A DNA stretch of 64,000 nucleotides from Mobula hypostoma (lineage: Eukaryota), in assembly GCF_963921235.1 (NCBI RefSeq), contig NC_086100.1, positions 198,898,001 through 198,962,000 on the forward strand, given 5' to 3'. The translations under genes and the position numbers were made by a program. Shown in pieces: positions 60,201 through 64,000 of this stretch. The first letter of the stretch is position 1; the number at the start of each line of letters is the position of its first letter. The notes beneath the pieces were generated by a model that had not been told where the DNA came from, did not search any database, and was given only the letters and a program-made list of their open reading frames with translations.

Positions 60201-60762
60201 CATTGCCACAGGCGGCAGCGGAGGCCAGGCCTTTGGGTATATTTAAAGTGGAGGTTGATAGGTTCTTGATTAGTCAGGGTGTCAGCGGTTATGGGGAGAA
60301 GGCAGGAGGATGATGTTGAGAGGGTTAATAAATTAGCCGTGGTGGAATGGCGGAGTAGACTCGACGGGCCGAATGGCTCCTATGCCTTATTGCACTCCTG
60401 CCCCCCAGGGAGGGGCATCTCGCTACTGGTGGTCTGGGTTGGTGCCGAGGGACAGGCTGCCGCTGGCCACACTCACCGGTACCCTTGCCATACTTGGCGC
60501 TGTGCGTCCAGCCGGTGGCCGAGATGAAGCCCAACATGCGGCAGAGGACCCTGGCGTTCTCCAGCTTGAAGTCGTCGTCGCAGATGGTGCCCCACTCGCC
60601 CTCGTAGAACACCTCCACCCGCCCCTCATTGTGCTTGCGGGGGTATCCCGCCAGCCGGATCTGCACCTTGTCCTGCCGGGGCGGCGTCGGGCTCGTCTGC
60701 TGCCCGCTCACCACCAGCACCCATGCTCCCAGCATCGGCAGTGACACCCACGGGTGCCTCAT
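15217..60762 (-). CDS. LOXL3: Lysyl oxidase homolog 3, complete spliced CDS span (13 coding exon positions, one duplicated as 8a/8b); 737 aa with 8a, 732 aa with 8b
   Basis: Hand-assembled GT-AG exons of 286+164+212+196+181+155+(171|156)+166+244+116+137+112+74 nt keep frame from ATG to TAA. Signal peptide, 4 SRCR and LOX domain are present. Motifs [48 protein letters not shown] and GDAFSEEA match LOXL3 better than LOXL2/4 (from recall). Exon numbers follow the human gene loosely. Confidence 0.93.
15515..16180. mobile_element. Penelope pLTR fragments in inverted orientation, inserted in a CR1 tail
   Basis: A minus copy (15520-15975) and a plus copy (about 15995-16180) are flanked by the gtcccat(c/t)tg direct repeat at about 15502 and 16184. 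Confidence 0.65.
16185..17355 (-). mobile_element. CR1-type LINE 3' fragments (at least two copies)
   Basis: [14 protein letters not shown]...[26 protein letters not shown]...[13 protein letters not shown]; microsatellite tail (catagaaa)n at about 16702. Confidence 0.88.
17700..17910 (+). mobile_element. V-SINE (HE1-like)
   Basis: tRNA-like head followed by the V-domain gggtttcctccgggtgcttcagtttcctcccacagtccaaag. Confidence 0.7.
18385..18822 (-). mobile_element. CR1-type LINE 3' fragment
   Basis: [24 protein letters not shown]. Confidence 0.8.
19184..19295 (-). CDS. LOXL3: LOXL3 exon 13
   Basis: [37 protein letters not shown]; acceptor ttcctcgccAG, donor GTAACT; 112 nt, phase 0-1. Confidence 0.96.
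19316..20706. repeat. Minisatellite, 45-bp unit (43-bp variants) CAGTGACCCACACTGCCGACTGTACCTACACCTCAACCCGTCCCT, about 31 copies
   Basis: Read directly; 15-aa periodic ORFs; abuts the acceptor of LOXL3 exon 13. Confidence 0.97.
21214..21350 (-). CDS. LOXL3: LOXL3 exon 12: contains the LTQ tyrosine
   Basis: [46 protein letters not shown]; acceptor cacacAG, donor GTTGGG; 137 nt, phase 1-0. Confidence 0.96.
21410..21820 (-). mobile_element. CR1-type LINE 3' fragment with internal ~60-bp duplication
   Basis: [15 protein letters not shown]...[24 protein letters not shown]...[15 protein letters not shown]. Confidence 0.8.
23560..24396 (-). mobile_element. CR1-type LINE 3' fragments (two copies)
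   Basis: [15 protein letters not shown]..., [12 protein letters not shown] and [22 protein letters not shown]. Confidence 0.82.
24935..25050 (-). CDS. LOXL3: LOXL3 exon 11: copper-binding histidines and LTQ lysine
   Basis: [39 protein letters not shown]; acceptor cccacAG, donor GTGGGT; 116 nt, phase 2-1. Confidence 0.96.
25571..25814 (-). CDS. LOXL3: LOXL3 exon 10: start of LOX catalytic domain
   Basis: [35 protein letters not shown]...[32 protein letters not shown]; acceptor ccccacAG, donor GTGAGT; 244 nt, phase 1-2. Confidence 0.96.
27531..27696 (-). CDS. LOXL3: LOXL3 exon 9: C-half of SRCR4
   Basis: [31 protein letters not shown]...[10 protein letters not shown]; acceptor ccccaAG, donor GTAAGT; 166 nt, phase 0-1. 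Confidence 0.95.
27990..29480 (-). mobile_element. CR1-type LINE, RT and 3' end, degenerate
   Basis: [51 protein letters not shown] and [14 protein letters not shown]. Confidence 0.9.
29521..29987. mobile_element. Young Penelope insertion reduced to two inverted pLTR segments, with target-site duplication
   Basis: 29521-~29640 is the reverse complement of ~29845-29956; gtattgggaatg flanks it at 29505-29516 and 29988-29999; nearly identical to 62945-63250. Confidence 0.85.
29857..29894 (+). ncRNA. Minimal type I hammerhead ribozyme motif in a Penelope pLTR
   Basis: agtc-CTGACGA-agggtctcggccc-GAAAC-GTC-gact: intact CUGANGA/GAAA core, stem I AGUC/GACU, stem II hairpin and palindromic minimal stem III. 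Confidence 0.75.
30316..30963. repeat. CpG-rich minisatellite, 38-bp unit CCCGTTTCTCGGACGAGGTCCCGTCTCTGGG(G/C)AGGGGA, about 17 copies
   Basis: Read directly; copies are nearly invariant; begins about 28 nt downstream of the exon 8b donor. Confidence 0.97.
30992..31147 (-). CDS. LOXL3: LOXL3 exon 8b: N-half of SRCR4, alternative copy B
   Basis: [52 protein letters not shown]; acceptor ttcccacAG, donor GTAGGT; 156 nt, phase 0-0, no stops. Confidence 0.92.
31975..32210 (-). mobile_element. V-SINE (HE1-like) just downstream of the exon 8a donor
   Basis: Minus strand reads agcgtagcggttagcgc (A-box-like)...ttcctccgggtgctccagtttcctcccacagtccaaag...attggtcattgtaaattgcc. Confidence 0.75.
32232..32402 (-). 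CDS. LOXL3: LOXL3 exon 8a: N-half of SRCR4, alternative copy A
   Basis: [57 protein letters not shown]; acceptor gctgctAG, donor GTACGT; 171 nt, phase 0-0, no stops. This frame is absent from the ORF track. Confidence 0.92.
32533..33122. repeat. Minisatellite, 51-bp unit CTGGGTTAGACCTCACTGGGGTCACCGTGTACAATTCTGATCTCTGTATCC, about 11 diverged copies
   Basis: Read directly; 17-aa periodic ORFs. Confidence 0.93.
34434..34920. mobile_element. Penelope 3' fragment with short inverted pLTR
   Basis: Minus pLTR piece at 34434-34500, then plus-strand GSLQPDG-like end and pLTR with a mutated hammerhead core (CCGATGA...GAAACGTC) at about 34800. Confidence 0.65.
35593..41582. repeat. Large minisatellite array, 52-bp unit CACTGTCCCATCACACACTCCCGGGGTCAGACACAGAGTGAAGCTCCCTC(C/T)A, about 6 kb, with shorter deletion variants
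   Basis: Read directly; lies in LOXL3 intron 7. Confidence 0.98.
42157..42311 (-). CDS. LOXL3: LOXL3 exon 7: C-half of SRCR3
   Basis: [22 protein letters not shown]...[21 protein letters not shown]; acceptor gctccAG, donor GTCAGA; 155 nt, phase 1-0. Confidence 0.95.
42640..45890 (+). mobile_element. CR1-type LINE with 5' UTR, ORF1 and internally deleted ORF2, degenerate (possibly composite)
   Basis: 5' UTR with ~15-bp tandem units (42735-42932). ORF1 from ATG 43048 has Cys-rich (TCQMW, HVCTRC), coiled-coil ([12 protein letters not shown]) and GDS esterase-like (VMGDSIVR) segments. Endonuclease [51 protein letters not shown]1 tail. Confidence 0.9.
46875..49309 (+). mobile_element. Tc1/mariner DNA transposon with long TIRs and a pseudogenised transposase
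   Basis: Left end TA|CAGGTGCTGGAAAGTTTGTGAACC is inverted with the right end ctcacaaactttctagc, and the similarity extends about 200 bp. Transposase text [15 protein letters not shown]..., [35 protein letters not shown]. Confidence 0.92.
47532..48366 (+). mobile_element. Solo LTR (835 bp) inserted in the Tc1 transposase
   Basis: Termini TGTGAC...GTAACA, 4-bp TSD CCAC (47528-47531 and 48367-48370), AATAAA at 48278 and TATA-like GATAAAA at about 47751. Removing it restores transposase STIRKTMNK. Confidence 0.88.
50110..50290 (-). CDS. LOXL3: LOXL3 exon 6: N-half of SRCR3
   Basis: [60 protein letters not shown]; acceptor gcggcAG with upstream CTGAC, donor GTGAGA; 181 nt, phase 0-1. Confidence 0.94.
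50645..51265. repeat. C-rich minisatellite (G-rich on the LOXL3 sense strand), about 55-75-bp variable unit
   Basis: Repeats of ccccatccactctgcccgcgccctaatcctgcccacccctgcc starting directly at the exon 5 donor. Confidence 0.93.
51267..51462 (-). CDS. LOXL3: LOXL3 exon 5: C-half of SRCR2 and linker
   Basis: [27 protein letters not shown]...[11 protein letters not shown]...SRRRREPQ; acceptor caccgcAG, donor GTGGGC; 196 nt, phase 2-0. Confidence 0.9.
51893..52949. repeat. Second array of the 52-bp minisatellite (50-bp variants), about 20 copies
   Basis: Same unit and orientation as 35593-41582. Confidence 0.97.
53450..55400. mobile_element. Cluster of CR1 fragments on both strands with a small Penelope pLTR piece
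   Basis: [27 protein letters not shown]...[10 protein letters not shown] (+); a minus CR1 tail at 53980-54295; pLTR at 54362-54489; CR1 3' pieces at 54490-55400. Confidence 0.8.
55405..55922 (+). mobile_element. Penelope 3' end (GIY-YIG C-terminus plus pLTR with hammerhead motif at 55827-55864)
   Basis: [24 protein letters not shown]...GSLQP; cagtc-CTGATGA-agggttccggccc-GAAAC-ATC-gaccg. Confidence 0.8.
56143..56354 (-). CDS. LOXL3: LOXL3 exon 4: N-half of SRCR2
   Basis: [15 protein letters not shown]...[24 protein letters not shown]...[10 protein letters not shown]...NFYR; acceptor ctccccAG, donor GTAGGA; 212 nt, phase 0-2. Confidence 0.94.
56590..57580. repeat. G-rich minisatellite, ~58-bp unit TGAGTGGGTGGGGAGAGTCGGTGATGGGGTAGAGGGTGTGAGAGCTGTGGGAGGGGGT, about 17 copies
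   Basis: Read directly; two alternating unit variants. Confidence 0.95.
58225..59495 (+). mobile_element. CR1-type LINE 3' portion with an internal ~61-bp tandem expansion (58815-59180)
   Basis: [15 protein letters not shown]...WAKKWQMEL and [10 protein letters not shown]; six copies of gaggatgtttcct(g/a)tagtgggggagtctaggaccagag. Confidence 0.85.
59836..59999 (-). CDS. LOXL3: LOXL3 exon 3: C-half of SRCR1
   Basis: [55 protein letters not shown]; acceptor ttctgcAG, donor GTAAGC; 164 nt, phase 1-0. Confidence 0.95.
60145..60392 (+). mobile_element. CR1-type LINE 3' end
   Basis: [42 protein letters not shown] plus CR1 tail. Confidence 0.8.
60477..60762 (-). CDS. LOXL3: LOXL3 first coding exon (exon 2): signal peptide and N-half of SRCR1
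   Basis: [20 protein letters not shown]...[31 protein letters not shown]...HSAKYGKGT. Acceptor ccttgtcgacAG lies 7 nt before the ATG (exon starts 60769); donor GTGAGT; ends phase 1. The upstream non-coding exon was not identified. Confidence 0.93.
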
Positions 60763-62944
60763 CTCACCGCTGTCGACAAGGAGACTGAGGGGAGCGGGGG
60801 AGGGAAGGAGTGAAGGGGAAGAGGAGTGGAGGGAAGGTGAGGGGGACGGAGAGACGGGAAGGAGATGGAGGCGGGGAGATGGGGGCAGATAGAGGAAGGA
60901 GAGAGGGGTGCGTGGAGGGAAAGACGGATGCTTAGAGGGAAAGAGGGATGGAGTGAGGGGGAGAGAGGGATGGAGTGAGGGAGAGAGAGGGATGGAGAGA
61001 GAGATAGATGGAGTGAGGGGGGATAGATGGAGTGAGGGAAAGCAGAACAGAGGGAGTGGTGAGGGGGAAGGTAAGGAAGGGTGGAAGTTGAGTGATAAGG
61101 GAGAGAGGAGGTGAGTGAGAGGTAGGGAGAGCAGAAGAAACAACAGTTATACCTGTGTCATTAATGAGTTAGCCCTCCCTGTCAACACCTTGCCTCATCG
61201 CCAATGGGGATATAGAGCAGAGACACTGAGGTGTTGGGCAGATGATCCTCGGGGGTGGAGTGGGAGTGGAGGTGGCCCTGACACACAGCGTGACGGAGTT
61301 TCCAGGACTGAGGAGGGGGGAGAGGGAAGAGGGGCACAAGGTAGATACAAGAGCATGAAAGAACATCCCACCAGGCTGCTAACCAGCTGTTATAAAGCTA
61401 TTGAATGATCCCCTGGTTTGATCTCACTATTCACCATGTTATGACCTTGCACCTTAGTGTTTGCCTGCACTGCCCTCTCTCTGTAACTGACACACTTTAT
61501 TCTGCATTCTGTTATTGTTTTCCCCTGTACTACCCCCGAGTACTGTGTAATGAAATTATTTGTATGGTTGGCATGCAAAGCAAAGTTTTCACTTGGTACA
61601 TATGACAATAATAATCTAGTTTATTTCAGATTCCCTGTCAGACCCCCCCCCCGAAAACCTCCCACCACTGAGCACATCCGCATGGAGCGTTGCATTGTCA
61701 CAGGAATGTAGCGTCCATCATCAGCGACCCCCACCAACCAGCAGATGCCCATCAGCGACCCCCACCAACCAGCAGATGCCCATCAGGGACCCCCACCAAC
61801 CAGCAGATGCTCTCTGCTCACTGCTGCCATCAGGAAGGAGGTGTAGGAGCCTCAGGACTCACACCTGAGGTTCAGGAACAGTTATTAGCCCTCAACAATC
61901 AGGCTCCTGAACCAGAGTGAATAACTTCACTCATCCCATCACTGAACTGACCCATGGACACACTTTCAAGGAATCTTCATCTCATGTTCTTGACGTTATC
62001 TCTTTATTTGTTATTATAATTACTTCCTTTTTTTCGTATTTTTCAGATTGTCTTCCTTTGCACACTGGTTGTCTGTTTGTGTGTAGGATCTGTTTTTTGT
62101 TTTACTCCGGATTCCCACAAGAAAACGAATCTCGGGTTTGAATATGGTGACATACATGTACTTTGATCAGAAAATTACTTCGAACTTTTGAGAGTCTCCA
62201 GTGCTGAGAATCCCAAATATTTGTCACTTCCATGTGGGCAAGTTATGGGAGAGAGACGAGGTCTGTCCTCCGAGGCTGGTGGGGGTGGGGGGAGACTTGA
62301 CAGAAGGATGCAAATTTATAAGTGGGCGGTCCCAGACTTTTGAATAGTTCCCTAGTTTAAGATGGACTATTGACCTCGTTTTGCTCAAGGGTATCAGAAA
62401 CAGGAGGGGAGAGGAAGGAGTTTAAAGAGGTTCTGAGGGGTAAGTTTTTTTTTACATGGGAAGGGTGAAATCTAACGCACTGCCACTGTTTAAAAGGCTG
62501 TGGTTTACGGGAAGAGATAGGAGGTCCAGAGAGGATTTGAAGAAAACTTTTTTACACTCTGTGTCTGTGTGTGCTGCAATCAGGGAAAACACTCTCTAAC
62601 AGGTTGGCGGACACAGAGACCCTCTGGACATAAACCTCAGAGAGGCAAAAGAGGTGGGGGCATGGTACTGTTGATCAGAGATAGTGTCGTGGCTGCTGAA
62701 AAGCAGGGAGACATGGAGGGATTGTCTACGGAGTCTCTGTGAGTGGAAGTTAGGAACAAGAAGGGGTCAATAACTCTAATTTTAATTTCCCAAATATCAA
62801 TTGGCATGTCCCTAGGGTGAGGGGTTTAGATGGGGTGAAGTTGGTTAGGTGTGTTCAGGAAGGTTTCCTGACACAATATCAGGATAAGCCTACAAGAGGA
62901 GAGGCTGTACTTGATCTGGTATTGGGAAATGAACCTAGTCAGGT

Positions 62945-64000
62945 AACACACATCAAAGTTGCTGGTGAACGCAGCAGGCCAGGCAGCATCTCTGGGAAGA
63001 GGTGCAGTCGACGTTTCAGGCCGAGACCCTTCGTCAGGACTAACTGAAGGAAGAGTGAGTAATGGATTTGAAAGTTGGAGGGGGAGGGGGAGATCCAAAA
63101 TGATAGGAGAAGACAGGAGGGGGAGGGATGGAGCCAAGAGCTGGACAGGTGATAGGCAAAAGGGGATACGAGAGGATCATGGGACAGGAGGTCCGGGAAG
63201 AAAGACAAGGGGGGGGGACCCGGAGGATGGGCAAGAGGTATATTCAGAGGGACAGAGGGAGAAAAAGGAGAGTGAGAGAAAGAAAGTGTGCATAAAAATA
63301 AGTAACAGCTGGGGTATGAAGGGGAGGTGGGGCCTTAGTGGAAGTTAGAGAAGTCGATGTTCATGTCATCAGGTTGGAGGCTACCCAGACGGAATATAAG
63401 GTGTTGTTCCTCCAACCTGAGTGTGGCTTCATCTTTACAGTAGAGGAGGCCGTGGATAGACATGTCAGAATGGGAATGGGATGTGGAATTAAAATGTGTG
63501 GCCACTGGGAGATCCTGCTTTCTCTGGCGGACAGAGCGTAGATGTTCAGCAAAGCAGTCTCGCAGTCTGCGTCGGGTCTCGCCAATATATAAAAGGCCAC
63601 ATTGGGAGCACCGGACACAGTATATCACCCCAGTCGACTCACAGGTGAAGTGTTGCCTCACCTGGAAAGACTGTTTGGGGCCCTGAATGGTGGTAAGGGA
63701 GGAAGTGTAAGGGCATGTGTAGCACTTGTTCCGCTTACACGGATAAGTGCCAGGAGGGAGATCAGTGGGGAGGGATGGGGGGGACGAATGGACAAGGGAG
63801 TTGTGTAGGGAGCGATCCCTGCGGAATGCAGAGGGGGGGAGAGGGAAAGATGTGCTTAGTGGTGGGATCCTGTTGGAGGTGGCGGAAGTTACGGAGAAAA
63901 ATATGTTGGACCCGGAGGCTGGTGGGGTGGTAGGTGAGGACCAGGGGAACCCTATTCCTAGTGGAGTGGCGGGAAGATGGAGTGAGAGCAGATGTACATG
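62945..64000 (-). mobile_element. Young Penelope-like element (GIY-YIG end and pLTR), inserted in a CR1 endonuclease fragment and running off the window edge
   Basis: FTCESTGVIYCVRCSQCGLLYIGETRRRLRDCFAEHLRSVR...RLEEQHLIFRLGSLQP; the host CR1 text (CVQEGFLTQY..KPTRGEAVLDLVLGNEP) ends at 62944. Confidence 0.9.
63005..63042 (-). ncRNA. Minimal type I hammerhead ribozyme motif in a Penelope pLTR
   Basis: Minus strand reads agtc-CTGACGA-agggtctcggcct-GAAAC-GTC-gactg, with an intact core. Confidence 0.72.

Noticed and set aside
60763..61143. N-terminal extension of the 272-aa ORF upstream of LOXL3 MRHPW
   Set aside because: It is a pyrimidine-rich intron tract ending in the acceptor AG at 60771-60770. 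The signal peptide begins at ATG 60762.

Overview
This is vertebrate genomic DNA, probably from a cartilaginous fish. That assignment is inferred only from the repeat content (HE1-like V-SINEs, CR1 LINEs, Penelope elements). The window holds the complete coding region of a minus-strand lysyl oxidase-like 3 gene (LOXL3), which I spliced by hand from GT-AG exons with consistent reading-frame phases. It runs from ATG 60762 to TAA 15217 and encodes a signal peptide, four SRCR domains and a LOX catalytic domain, with an AATAAA at 14044-14049. The most striking feature is that the exon encoding the N-terminal half of SRCR4 is present as two intact, divergent, phase 0-0 copies (32232-32402 and 30992-31147). 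This points to mutually exclusive splicing giving 737-aa and 732-aa isoforms. A bipartite QKI-type element overlaps the branch point of the first copy, and only that copy has an N-glycosylation sequon. Introns and the 3' flank contain CR1 and Rex1/Babar-like LINE fragments, V-SINEs, Tc1 elements and Penelope-like elements with minimal hammerhead ribozyme motifs. They also contain a three-level Penelope>Tc1>solo-LTR nest, a recent 177-bp inverted duplication and at least eight minisatellite arrays. The long repetitive ORFs in the ORF track are artefacts of those arrays. There is no CRISPR, rRNA or tRNA.
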